From NCBI GenBank assembly GCA_963664115.2, contig CAXWPJ010000012.1:128001-192000 (forward strand): a stretch of 64,000 bases of DNA, in the 5' to 3' direction. A model generated the notes under the pieces. It was not told the origin of the DNA. It did not search any database and worked only from the letters and a program-made list of their open reading frames with translations. This stretch comes from Terriglobia bacterium. GTDB taxonomy: Bacteria; Acidobacteriota; Terriglobia; 20CM-2-55-15. Each line of letters opens with the position of its first letter. Position 1 is the stretch's first letter. Of the stretch, positions 20,681-30,201 are shown in pieces. Made by a program: the position numbers and the translations under genes.

Positions 20681-20755
20681 GGGTCAATTGCCTTATTCCT
20701 TCATTCTTAACAGGAACAGCAGCAGAGGAAAATTCGGGAAATAGGGCTCTGACCC
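20681..20755. repeat. Intergenic imperfect inverted repeat (REP-like)
   Basis: GGGTCAATTGCCTTATT ... AATAGGGCTCTGACCC. Confidence 0.4.
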
Positions 20756-20877
20756 CATTTTCCCCAACAGGTCTTCTTGCAGCGCGATCCCTCGTTTCCA
20801 GCTGGAATGTGGTTTATACTGCCGCGAATTTCAAACCGCACCTGTGCCCATAGCCTCCAGTTGTCGGAGAAAACGAA

Positions 20878-21633
20878 TTGAAACGCAGAAGGATCCTACA
20901 ATTACTAACGGCGGCCGCAGCGAGCCTTTGGACCCGGGTGGTCCCCCCTGGAGCCTCACTGCTCGAAGCCGCAATTCCGAATCGACCATCCCAGGAGCCT
21001 CCTGCAGACAACGCCAACCTTCTGCTCCCGCTGTTCCCTTTAGACCTCGTCCTGTTTCCGGAAACGAATCTGCCGCTGCACATCTTCGAACCGCGATACA
21101 AAGAGATGATTCAGGATTGCCTGGACAACCGTTGGGAGTTTGGAATCCTGCTGGACCAGGAAGGATCCATCAGCAACACGGGCTGCACCGCTTCCATTTC
21201 CGAAGTGTTAGCCCGTTTTCCGGACGGCCGATCAAACATTCTGGTTCGAGGTGAACAGCGTTTTGAAATCTCGCAGCTCGACGAAGAAAGAGCCTATCTA
21301 CGGGGCACGGTGGAATTCCTCGGAGACGATGCTGCCGAATCAGCCGATGAATCACTGCGACAACGCGGCATCGAGCTTTATGGCCGTCTGAGCGAATTGC
21401 TGCAGTTGGAAAACCAGCCGTTTCTCACGCCCGCTCCCATATGGACCGATACGCAACTGTCCTATCGGATGATGGCCGGCATCCCAGCGGCGGCGGATTG
21501 GAAGCAGGAATTACTGGAACTTCGATCGGAACCCGAGCGTCTCGTTCGCGTCATCGGTTTTTTCGATGAGTTGATCGAGTATCTGGAGAGCCTTCCGAAC
21601 GAGTCCTCGGATCCCGGTCAGCAGACTGTCTGA
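20878..21633 (+). CDS. Lon protease substrate-binding-domain protein
   Basis: LPLFPL..VLFP..LPLHIFEPRY motif; start uncertain. Confidence 0.85.
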   Translation: MKRRRILQLLTAAAASLWTRVVPPGASLLEAAIPNRPSQEPPADNANLLLPLFPLDLVLFPETNLPLHIFEPRYKEMIQDCLDNRWEFGILLDQEGSISNTGCTASISEVLARFPDGRSNILVRGEQRFEISQLDEERAYLRGTVEFLGDDAAESADESLRQRGIELYGRLSELLQLENQPFLTPAPIWTDTQLSYRMMAGIPAAADWKQELLELRSEPERLVRVIGFFDELIEYLESLPNESSDPGQQTV

Positions 21634-21986
21634 TTCCGGCGCCCAAAATCTTTCGTTCGGGCTAATCTGAATCCAGCTTAGAAACATATGAGAACAGCGC
21701 ACCCCACACCCTAGGTGTCGGGCTCTTAACCTCCGATTGGTTTCCCGAGCCGGAGATCCCCGCCCTCTTCGCTATTGCATCCTATTAGCATCAGACACTT
21801 ACATCCATATTTTTCCGCCAATGGTTGCCTTGATCATCATCCACCTGTTGAAGTCACCCACCTTCGCGGACATTGAGATTTTCACCGAACGAAAACTCTA
21901 CTCTCACCTGCCATTCCTCGATTGGCCTCCAACTGGATGTATCTACCATTGTTTCAATGGATTACTGCGACACTCGAAGCTCGCCA

Positions 21987-22027
21987 ATTCTCAGTGTCCG
22001 ACAATGTCGTTAACAGGCGTTGAGAAT
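21987..22027 (+). repeat. dif-like palindromic site, copy 1 (5-bp spacer variant)
   Basis: ATTCTCA-GTGTCCGACAA-TGTCG-TTAACAGGCGT-TGAGAAT. Confidence 0.7.
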
Positions 22028-22102
22028 TTAATAGCGCCTAACTCACTCCTCTAGTATCTTTTACCGGGTTTTTCTCGGTTCTTTCAGCGACACACTATAA
22101 CG

Positions 22103-22220
22103 ATGGAATCTGGCACCAAACTGGGCCGCTACTAACTCCTGAGCCTCCTTGGTAAGGGTGAAATGGGTGAATTGTGGCGTGCTCGGGACACCAAGCTCGG
22201 GCGTAAAGTTGCCATCGAAG
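22103..22220 (+). pseudogene. Ser/Thr protein kinase 5' stub
   Basis: MESGTKLGRY*LLSLLGKGEMGELWRARDTKLGRKVAIE: subdomain I-II with an internal stop. Confidence 0.85.
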
Positions 22221-22397
22221 GTAAGCGTCCAAGCTAAACCGTGTAGCGCGGCAGTCAAGAAGGCGTCATTCTTGGCGGATGGAAGCGAATCGGAAGAAGC
22301 GGCCCCAGAAGGTCGAAGCAGGAACGGCAGCGGATCGTCGAGGAGTCGCTACAAAGCGGGAACATCGGTGGCCGTCGTGGCCCGGGCTCATGCGTAA
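22221..22397 (+). mobile_element. IS66-family left-end remnant
   Basis: Starts with GTAAGCGTCC (IS66-type IR); GTSVAVVARAH resembles the IS66 TnpA HTH. Confidence 0.55.
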
Positions 22398-22449
22398 GCT
22401 TCCCCATCTGAGAGGCATGTCATAAGTGGAGCTTTCTGGCAGTTGAGGT

Positions 22450-22512
22450 TCACCCGACGTTGGATGGGTCGCTTTTGCATCCGATCGTGCAGAAGGCCTT
22501 GAGGTCTATGTA
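22450..22512 (+). pseudogene. PD40/TolB-like repeat fragment of the kinase gene
   Basis: Translates SPDVGWVAFASDRAEGLEVYV. Confidence 0.55.
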
Positions 22513-22548
22513 AAATTAGATTCGATGAATTGAAGAGTGAACGAATCT

Positions 22549-24168
22549 ATGGCCAAAAAAGAACGAGTTTGTGTGATTGGAGCGGGCCTGTCGGGCCTCA
22601 TTGCACTGAAGGAATTGCTTAAAAAAGGACATGACGTCACTTGCTATGAAAAGGAACTTCGCGAAGGAGGAGTCTTTAACTTTCCAACTGGTGTAGCTTA
22701 CGACACAATGCGTCTTACCGTCTCCCAGCACTTCATGTGCTTCACTGGGATGCCTGCGCCACCGCAGGAAAAGCGAGAGCTCTGGACACGAAGACGGTAC
22801 GCCCAGTATTTGCAGTCCTTCGCAGAAAGATTCGACCTTTTTAGCTACATTCAATTTAGCACCGAAGTAAAGGCGATCGAACTGTGTCAGGGAGGCCAAG
22901 TTCGGGTTACTTGTCGTCATAGCACCGAGAGTTACGACCGAAAGTTTGACGCAGTCGCGATTTGTCAGGGTGCGTTTCGCGCAGACGCCCCGCGAATGCC
23001 AAACATCGATGGTCTGGATAACTTTCCAGGAAGAGTGGTTCACAGCGGAACTTACAACGGCCCGGAGTCCTTTAAGGGTATGCGCGTATTGTGCGTAGGA
23101 ATGGGCGAAACGGCCGCGGACATTACTCTGCACATTTCTGAAGTAGCTGCGAGCTGCACATTGAGTATGCGGACCTTTCCCGAAATAATAAAAAGATACC
23201 GGGGTCCTAGCCAACGCACCACCGACGTCGACTCTACGCGACTCTTTCACTGGATGTCGCCGGAACAGCGAAACGATTTCTACGCCTTCAAACGGAAGTT
23301 TAGGGATACGAGGAAGCTTAGCGATCACGATCGGTTGGTTTACGAATGGAATCGAAAATCAGGTGGACGTCGCTCCCTCCAAAAGAACGACGATTTCGTA
23401 GGCAACGTCATTAATGGACGAATTCAGGTGCTTGCTCCGTCGGAGCTTAAACGTATTGAAGGCAATACGGTGATCTTTGACGATCATTCAACATTGGAAG
23501 TGGACGCAATCGTATTCAGCACAGGATACGAGGAGAGCTCCATTCCCAAAAATTGGATCAAGGACGTCGAGATCTCTGATGTTCGTCAGCTATACAAGCA
23601 TGCATTCCATATAGACCTGGGGAGGCAGGTTGCTTTTTTTGGTTGGGCACGACCTCGGCAGGGAGGGGTTCCTGTAATCTCTGAATTGTTAGCCAGGTAT
23701 TTCGCACTACTTTGCAGCGGTGAACGAGAGTTGCCTGCGAAAAGTGAAATGAAACGTGTAATTGCTGAAGATTTTGCGCGCGAGGAGGAGTGGTTCGCCA
23801 ATTCAAAATCTACACGTACGCTAGTTCACTACACACGCTATTTAGATGATCTTGCCGAACTGATTGGATGTCTTCCCCATCTGGAAGATTATCTGAATGA
23901 TCCAGAGCTGCTCACACACCTGATGTGTTCATCAAACATTGGAATGAGCTATCGGTTACAGGGCCCAGACGCCTTCCCCGAGATACCCAGAGAGGCTTGC
24001 GTGTCGGCGCCCATCGCTGATCCATATGAAGCTATCGATAAGTTTTTGGACTACTCTCTTAGACAGAGACTGAATCTTGACCTGGCAAACCGGGTCGCTG
24101 AGATCATTCGCACATATCTGACCACACACACGACGGACATGCCTTCGACGGAAACTTGGGGAAGCTGA
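22549..24168 (+). CDS. Flavin-containing monooxygenase (FMO-like)
   Basis: GAGLSG FAD motif, FPGRVVHSGTY (FMO signature), GMGETA NADPH motif, STGY; visibly more AT-rich than flanks. Confidence 0.88.
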   Translation: MAKKERVCVIGAGLSGLIALKELLKKGHDVTCYEKELREGGVFNFPTGVAYDTMRLTVSQHFMCFTGMPAPPQEKRELWTRRRYAQYLQSFAERFDLFSYIQFSTEVKAIELCQGGQVRVTCRHSTESYDRKFDAVAICQGAFRADAPRMPNIDGLDNFPGRVVHSGTYNGPESFKGMRVLCVGMGETAADITLHISEVAASCTLSMRTFPEIIKRYRGPSQRTTDVDSTRLFHWMSPEQRNDFYAFKRKFRDTRKLSDHDRLVYEWNRKSGGRRSLQKNDDFVGNVINGRIQVLAPSELKRIEGNTVIFDDHSTLEVDAIVFSTGYEESSIPKNWIKDVEISDVRQLYKHAFHIDLGRQVAFFGWARPRQGGVPVISELLARYFALLCSGERELPAKSEMKRVIAEDFAREEEWFANSKSTRTLVHYTRYLDDLAELIGCLPHLEDYLNDPELLTHLMCSSNIGMSYRLQGPDAFPEIPREACVSAPIADPYEAIDKFLDYSLRQRLNLDLANRVAEIIRTYLTTHTTDMPSTETWGS

Positions 24169-24283
24169 GACTGGCCGGTGCCGTGATTTTCGAGGTCAAG
24201 TCCTGAGAAATCATCTTCTCGGACTGTACGTCGTCAGAATAATTCGGACAAAAAGACCATTTAGCTAAGAGACGGTTTTGAAG

Positions 24284-25308
24284 TTATACCACTCCAATCC
24301 TAAGGTTCTCGATTTTGCGTCGAGCCAGCGTTTTTCTTTTGATCTGGTCACGACGTGCAAGGATCTGCTGATCCCTCCCGAAGAACACGTCAGCCGGTGT
24401 CACGTTGTTCAGAGATTCGTGATACCGATGGTGGTTGTAGTGTTCGACCCATTGCGCGATCGCCTGCTCAAGTTCCCACGGATAATAGTAGTGTTCCAAC
24501 TTGACCACGTTCTTCATCGAACGGTGATAGCGTTCGATCTTGCCCTGTGTCATCGGGTGATAGGGCGCACCCCGGGTGTGTTCCATACCACGACGTTGTA
24601 AATAGTCTTTGAGTTCGTGCGATACGTAGCAGGGGCCGTTGTCGCTCAACAATCGCGGTCGGTGCCGGACTTGTACTTGTCCGACATCTGTCGCCTGTAG
24701 TGCAACGTCCAGCGTGTCCTGAACGTCAGATGCGGCCATGGTTTGAAAGAGCTTCCAGGCGATGATGTAGCGAGAGTAATCGTCCAGCACGGTCGACAGG
24801 TAGTACCAACCCCAACCGACGACCCTGAAGTAAGTGAAATCAGTTTGCCAGAGTTCGTTCACACGCCGGGTTGGCTGCTGGAAGTGATCGCTGGCCGTCA
24901 TCACGATGTATGCGGGACTGGTGATCAGGTCGCATCTCTTCAGAATCCGATACACGCTGGATTCGGAGATGAAGTAGTCCTGGGTGTCGGTGATCTGCCA
25001 GGCCAGTTCCCGCGGTGAGGCTTCCGGGTGGTTCAACGCGGTTTCGACCACCTGTTCCCGCACCGGTCCCGGAATCCGGTTCCAGCAGAAGCCGGGGCCG
25101 GAATGCCGATCTAACAAGCCGGCTGCGCCACGCTCTTTGTATCGTCGATACCAACCGTAGAACGTGCTGCGGGGGACGCCCAGCTCCCGGAGGGTCGCTG
25201 TCACCGACAACTCCGAGTCTTCCACCACTCGGATCGTCTCCAGCTTCTCAGATCCCGATTGCCTCATATATCGATGCTCTCGGAGTCCGTTACGTTCAAC
25301 GTTTTTTT
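24284..25308 (-). CDS. Transposase OrfB (rve/DDE)
   Basis: WQTDFTY, LDDYSR, SDNG, QGKIERYH motifs; start set at the frameshift site. Confidence 0.88.
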
Positions 25309-25629
25309 CAGAAAACGATTCTTTAGCAGTATTTCGGCCACGACCTGCTTCAACTGATCGTTTTCCTGCCGCAACTCGGTGACTTCGCTCGATGTCGCTT
25401 CCCGCTTCGTGTCCCCAGCCAGCCGTTTCTTCCCCGCCTCCAGGAAGTCCTTGCTCCACCGGTAATACAGATTTGACGGAATCCCTTCGCGTCGGCACAG
25501 TTCTGCGATGCTCTCTTCGCCTCGCAACCCTTCCAACACGATCCGCACTTTCTCCTCAGACGAGTACTTCTTGCGCGTCTTTCGACGAATCTCTCGTACC
25601 CGATTCTCTGCCGACACTTTCTCACTCAT
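25264..25629 (-). CDS. Transposase OrfA (HTH)
   Basis: RKKYSSEEKVRIVLEGLRGEESIAELCRREGI HTH plus leucine zipper. Confidence 0.88.
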   Translation of the reverse strand: MSEKVSAENRVREIRRKTRKKYSSEEKVRIVLEGLRGEESIAELCRREGIPSNLYYRWSKDFLEAGKKRLAGDTKREATSSEVTELRQENDQLKQVVAEILLKNRFLKKTLNVTDSESIDI

Positions 25630-25819
25630 TCGATCCTCCTTCAGATCGTTCTGATTAGAAAAGTGTCTCTTAGTTTTTTAGGGTATTTCGTACGAAATGC
25701 TCTGACGGGCTACACTTCTCGGACCTTGAGAATTGATCCCACCACTTTCTGATAAGCCGAGTAACCTTCGATTGGGGCATATGGACGGTTTGCCGACTAT
25801 ACGGCAAGTGTAAGCTCGA

Positions 25820-25854
25820 CTGATGTGCCAGATGGCTTCTGAGGACTTGAGAAT
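25820..25854 (+). repeat. dif-like site, degenerate left arm
   Basis: ...GATGGC-TTCTGAGGACT-TGAGAAT. Confidence 0.5.
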
Positions 25855-26029
25855 AGATCGGTAAACGAAACGGCGTTTATCGCGGGTAATCCCACGCAGC
25901 TTCCCCAACGACCCGTCCCCACAAGCGGAAGTACGGTTTGGCGGTTAGACAGGCATGTGACCATTTCATTGACCTCAAGTCGTATTATTTAGCCAGAATT
26001 TCGCTGTTCCTTTTGGCGACAGACGAAAT

Positions 26030-26113
26030 CATGCAATCCGGCACTCAACTCGGCCACTACACGATCCGTTCTGCCCTCGGTAATGGTGGGATGGGCCAGG
26101 TGTATCGGGCTCC
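26030..26113 (+). pseudogene. Ser/Thr protein kinase 5' stub
   Basis: MQSGTQLGHYTIRSALGNGGMGQVYRAP. Confidence 0.85.
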
Positions 26114-26206
26114 TGAGTCATTATTTTCGATTGACGGTAACTTGGCTCCCTCTTAATATTGAGCAAGCATTTCAAATCGTTTGGGCGGAGCCTGAAGTAG
26201 CCCTTT

Positions 26207-26308
26207 GCGGATAAGCGGTTCAAACAGGGTCCGACACCTATTGCAGCGCTGTCGATGTCGCCGTATGGGCGTTATGTCAACCCACGCGCGGCCGAAGGCC
26301 GTCGCGCG
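26207..26308 (+). repeat. Left copy of ~100-bp inverted repeat containing two 11-6-11 sites
   Basis: Reverse complement matches 28426-28527; includes ATGTCGCCGTA-TGGGCG-TTATGTCAACC. Confidence 0.85.
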
Positions 26309-26654
26309 GATCTGCCTCTGATCCTGAACCTCTGTCCATCCACTGTCGGCACAGGAGCGTCAACGCGGTGAAGGCGGAAGCCAAGGAAGGACGGCGGGCC
26401 GAGGAACCACTGTACTTGAAACGTCGTGCATTAGCGTCCGCACGCATTGCGAAATCTAGAAAGTACTTACCTGAGTTCCAGTTACCCCCGTGGGTTCTTA
26501 CATGACATGCCCTCAGAGGTCGAACGACCCGTCGATCTGCGGCACCGCTCAAGATTTGTAAGATGCCTCATGTAAAGATGAATGACGCCACATTTTCATT
26601 GGCCCGCCTCAAGAACCTGAACGGCAGCCGACCGGGCCCAAGGACATAGACTCC

Positions 26655-28355
26655 ATGTCTCAAGACCTTCGCGCTGAGCTTTCAACGTCGTTAGCCGCAT
26701 CGGTCTTTCTTGCCTCGACATTGACCGTTTTTGGTCCGTATCACTCCTATGTAGCGAACTATACGGAATTGCCGGTACTCCTGAGGCACATCGTGCCGTA
26801 CCTTGCCGCACTATTTGGGCTCGTTGTCGTGGTGGTGTTGTCCGCTTTGTTTATCACGATCAAGCGCTCATGGCACCCTCGATTCGTCACCTTTGTATTT
26901 GCTCTGGCCCTGTTGATGTGGCTTCAAGGAAACATTTTTGTTTGGGATTACGGCGTCCTCAATGAAACCAACTTAAATTGGGAAAGATTCCGGATCATTG
27001 GCCTTGCCGAACTTGCCGCCTGGTATCTCGTGGCCAGGACGGCGTTCGTGTCGCTGGTTACGAGACAGAAGCTTATACGTGATCTCAGCATCGCCCTGAT
27101 CGTGGTTCAAAGCGTGGTGGTTTTGGCGGTTCAAATCCAGGGCGCACCGGATCCATATTGGCTCCGGACTGAGCTTGATACGGACCATGAATCAGCTTTC
27201 AGATATTCGCCGGATCAAAATGTGGTTCTCGTGGTTCTCGACGGCTTCCCATCCTTTGTATTTCAGCGCATTGTTGAAGAAGACCCAAGTTTCGGTGAAA
27301 TCTTTAATGGTTTTACCTACTTTCGGAACGCCGTCTCCGGCTATCCGTTTACGATGGGATCGGTTCCAAATATATTGACCGGACAGTTCTTTGATAACTC
27401 CCAACCGTACCCGGACTTCGTCCGTGCCGCTTATGTCAATGACTCCCTCCCTTCAACGTTATCCGAACACGGGTACCAGGCCGACGCGTTCGAATTTCAG
27501 CTCACGACCGTTTTCAATCCTGTGTTCTCGAACAGCGTTCCAAGGCAGTTTTCTTCTACTCGTCGCGTCGAAAGTGTTGATCTTCTGCTCAGGATCACGG
27601 CGTTCCGGTCCCTTCCACATTATTTGAAGAGCATGATTCCGATATTCGATTTGCAGAATCCGATGGGGTTGAGTGAGACTGAGGCGCCGCTCGACCTGAT
27701 TAATTCTGTTGTCGACCGACTGTACGTGGATGGGCCGGGACCCACCTTTAAGTTCTATCACCTCCTGATTCCCCACGAACCATTCAGCCTTAACGAAGAT
27801 CTTGAGCTTGAGTCATTAGAGAACGATACTCTCGGCTTCGTCAGACACTCGACTGCAGCACTCAGGCTGATGGAACGTTTGCTGGATGTCCTGCAGAACT
27901 CTGGTATCTATGACAACACGTTGTTGTTGATTGTGGGGGACCACGGCTACCCAACAGAACTGGGTCCGCCGCTTGATTCTCTGGAGCCCGCCATCGGTGA
28001 TTTGAATCCTGCGTTTTTTCGGGCGCTGCCTTTGGTTCTGGCAAAACCTTTAGGGTCCACCGGCCCGCTCAAAGTGTCGGACGCACCAGTGCACCTTATG
28101 GACATTCCCAGGACGGTGCTTACAGCAGTTGGAATTGAGAACGACGCTCCAGGGTTATCGATGTTTCAGTCTGACGTAGTAGACGGTCGAGTCCGCCGGT
28201 TTCTCCTGCACGACTGGGAACCGGGGACAACTGGAAGGCACCGCGAATGGGAGTCACGGCTTTATATGCCCCCACTCAGGGAGTTTTTCGTTGACGGGTT
28301 CAGCTGGTCGGGTGCTGCCTGGAGGAGTTCGGGGTCGACGTTTGAGCGTGATTGA
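26655..28355 (+). CDS. Membrane-anchored sulfatase/alkaline-phosphatase superfamily protein (LTA synthase / phosphoglycerol transferase-like)
   Basis: About 5 N-terminal TM segments, VLVVLDG, Thr in GYPFT, PHEP, YDNTLLLIVGDHG. Confidence 0.8.
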   Translation: MSQDLRAELSTSLAASVFLASTLTVFGPYHSYVANYTELPVLLRHIVPYLAALFGLVVVVVLSALFITIKRSWHPRFVTFVFALALLMWLQGNIFVWDYGVLNETNLNWERFRIIGLAELAAWYLVARTAFVSLVTRQKLIRDLSIALIVVQSVVVLAVQIQGAPDPYWLRTELDTDHESAFRYSPDQNVVLVVLDGFPSFVFQRIVEEDPSFGEIFNGFTYFRNAVSGYPFTMGSVPNILTGQFFDNSQPYPDFVRAAYVNDSLPSTLSEHGYQADAFEFQLTTVFNPVFSNSVPRQFSSTRRVESVDLLLRITAFRSLPHYLKSMIPIFDLQNPMGLSETEAPLDLINSVVDRLYVDGPGPTFKFYHLLIPHEPFSLNEDLELESLENDTLGFVRHSTAALRLMERLLDVLQNSGIYDNTLLLIVGDHGYPTELGPPLDSLEPAIGDLNPAFFRALPLVLAKPLGSTGPLKVSDAPVHLMDIPRTVLTAVGIENDAPGLSMFQSDVVDGRVRRFLLHDWEPGTTGRHREWESRLYMPPLREFFVDGFSWSGAAWRSSGSTFERD

Positions 28356-28425
28356 ACTATCGGTGCTCTTCTAAACCAAGCAACAACTTGGTGCCACAGA
28401 ACCAGGCAAAGCCGGGGCAGTGACT

Positions 28426-28527
28426 CGCGCGACGGCCTGCGGCCGCGCGCAGGTTGACATAACACCCATACGGCGACCATGCCCGTGCTGCAATAGATCT
28501 CAGACACTGCTTAAACCGCTTATCCGC
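28426..28527 (-). repeat. Right copy of ~100-bp inverted repeat
   Basis: GGTTGACATAA-CACCCA-TACGGCGACCA and GACACTGCTTA-AACCGC-TTATCCGCCAC. Confidence 0.85.
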
Positions 28528-28729
28528 CACCTGACGTCAGCCCTCTGCAGGCATTGCCAGCACGCAGGAATTTCTATTGACGTTGGACAGCCGGGGTCAC
28601 TTGGCCGTATTAACGTCAGTTTTGTATCGGAGATGGTCCGGCACCGACAGTGACAAAAAATGATGCCGGGGCATGTCGGATAGAATGGTTTGAAGTGAGG
28701 CGCAGGCGCGGCCGGGAACGAGAAGACCT

Positions 28730-28877
28730 ATGGGTTTTCAATCCATGGATTGGAGGCTGAATCGGGGAGACGCAGTGATGGTGGGGGGTGGTTGTAGCGG
28801 AAGAATGGGTTTTCAATCCATGGATTGGAGGCTGAATCGGGGAGACGCAGTGATGGTGGGGGGTGGTTGTAGCGGAA
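28730..28877. repeat. Tandem duplication, 75-bp period
   Basis: ATGGGTTTTCAATCC...GTAGCGGAA starts at 28730 and 28805. Confidence 0.92.
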
Positions 28878-29016
28878 AATCACTGTCGATCGCCCGAGTG
28901 GGGTGGGTTGGATATAGCGAAAGGGCACTTGAGCACGCGTGTTTTTGGCGTCTGGACACACTTCGGCGATGCAGTCTGGACGACCGCGTTGGGCTGGAAT
29001 TGTTGAGTGTCGATGG

Positions 29017-30201
29017 CTACGCACTATCCTGAATTGGAACCTCCTTTGATTCGAGAGCGGCGAGCTGTGCCGCGGTTAATCGCTCGACCAGACGCATCGG
29101 TCCCCGGCAGATCGGACACGGTGCCGGTGGGGTAGCACCCGCCTCGGACTCCGGCTCGGTGATGGACTCCTGACCTAAGAGGTGCCGACAGAGTTCCAGC
29201 ATCGTCTTGCGTTTCCGATTTGCCATCCATCCGTAGTACCGGATGCGGGGAAAGCCTTTCGGTAAGACATGCAGGAGGAATCGACGGAGGAACTCTTCGG
29301 GTTGGAGTGTCATTGTTCGTGGACGGCCATTGTGGCGATAGTCCTTCCAGCGGAATGTAACGCCGGATTGGTTGACATCGAGGATGCGATGATTCGAGAT
29401 GGCCACCCGATGGGTATAGCGGGCCAGGTACTGAAGGACGTGTTGGGGTCCGCCGAATGGTTCTTTGGCGTACACCACCCAGTTCCGATCCTTCAGATCG
29501 TCGAGGAACCGCTCGAAGGTGGATTCGGTGGCCAGTTCCAGACACTCCCCATGGAAAACGAGCGTCTTGTTTCCGAAGGCTTCGGCTAAACCGTCGAGAA
29601 ACTTTTCTCTGAAAACGTAGCTGAGCTTCTGGACCGGGAGGAAGAAGTCGGTCCGGGAGGAGTGGATCCACCGGTCGTGATCCGGGGACAGTCCGCCACC
29701 GGGAACCACACAGTGGATATGGGGATGGCGTTGCAGGGTTTGTCCCCAGGTATGCAGGATGCTGAGGAATCCGATCTCGCCGCCCAGATACCTGGGGTTT
29801 CGGGCCACTTCGATCAGCGCCGCCGCACTGGTTCGGAACAGAAGCGCATAGAGCACCTTCTTGTTCTGCCAGATCAATGGGATCAACTGATGGGGCAGGC
29901 TGAAGACCAGATGGAAGTATCCGATCGGTAGCAGTTCCTGTTGCCGTTTCTCGACCCAGGTGTTCCGCGCATTGGTCTGGCACTTCGGGCAGTGGCGGTT
30001 CCGGCACGAGTGGTAGACCAGCGTTTGGTGGCCACAGTGGTCGCATCGTTTCCGGTTCCCGCCCAGTGCGGCGGTCCGGCAATGGGTAATCGCGTTGAGG
30101 ACCTTGACCTGGGGCCAGGCCAGCGCTTTCAAATACCGTTGTCGGAATCGGTCTCCGACGATGCGAATCACGTCAGCCACCTCAAAGGGTGGCCGGCTCA
30201 C
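29017..30201 (-). CDS. IS91-family (Y2 HUH) transposase
   Basis: Zn-binding SCRNRHCPKCQ, HTWG, HPHIH (HUH), YLARY. Confidence 0.92.
   Translation of the reverse strand: MSRPPFEVADVIRIVGDRFRQRYLKALAWPQVKVLNAITHCRTAALGGNRKRCDHCGHQTLVYHSCRNRHCPKCQTNARNTWVEKRQQELLPIGYFHLVFSLPHQLIPLIWQNKKVLYALLFRTSAAALIEVARNPRYLGGEIGFLSILHTWGQTLQRHPHIHCVVPGGGLSPDHDRWIHSSRTDFFLPVQKLSYVFREKFLDGLAEAFGNKTLVFHGECLELATESTFERFLDDLKDRNWVVYAKEPFGGPQHVLQYLARYTHRVAISNHRILDVNQSGVTFRWKDYRHNGRPRTMTLQPEEFLRRFLLHVLPKGFPRIRYYGWMANRKRKTMLELCRHLLGQESITEPESEAGATPPAPCPICRGPMRLVERLTAAQLAALESKEVPIQDSA

Larger units (their letters stand above)
24225..25714 (-). mobile_element. IS3-superfamily insertion sequence (OrfA/OrfB, -1 frameshift), 10-bp target duplication
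   Basis: TGT...ACA ends with imperfect IRs; CTTCTCGGAC repeated at 24215-24224 and 25715-25724; A7 slippery run near 25302-25308. Confidence 0.88.

Noticed and set aside
22428-26516. Short inverted match CTGAGAGGCATGTCAT (~22408) versus ATGACATGCCCTCAG (~26502)
   Set aside because: About 15 bp with a gap and no extension; not distinguishable from chance by eye
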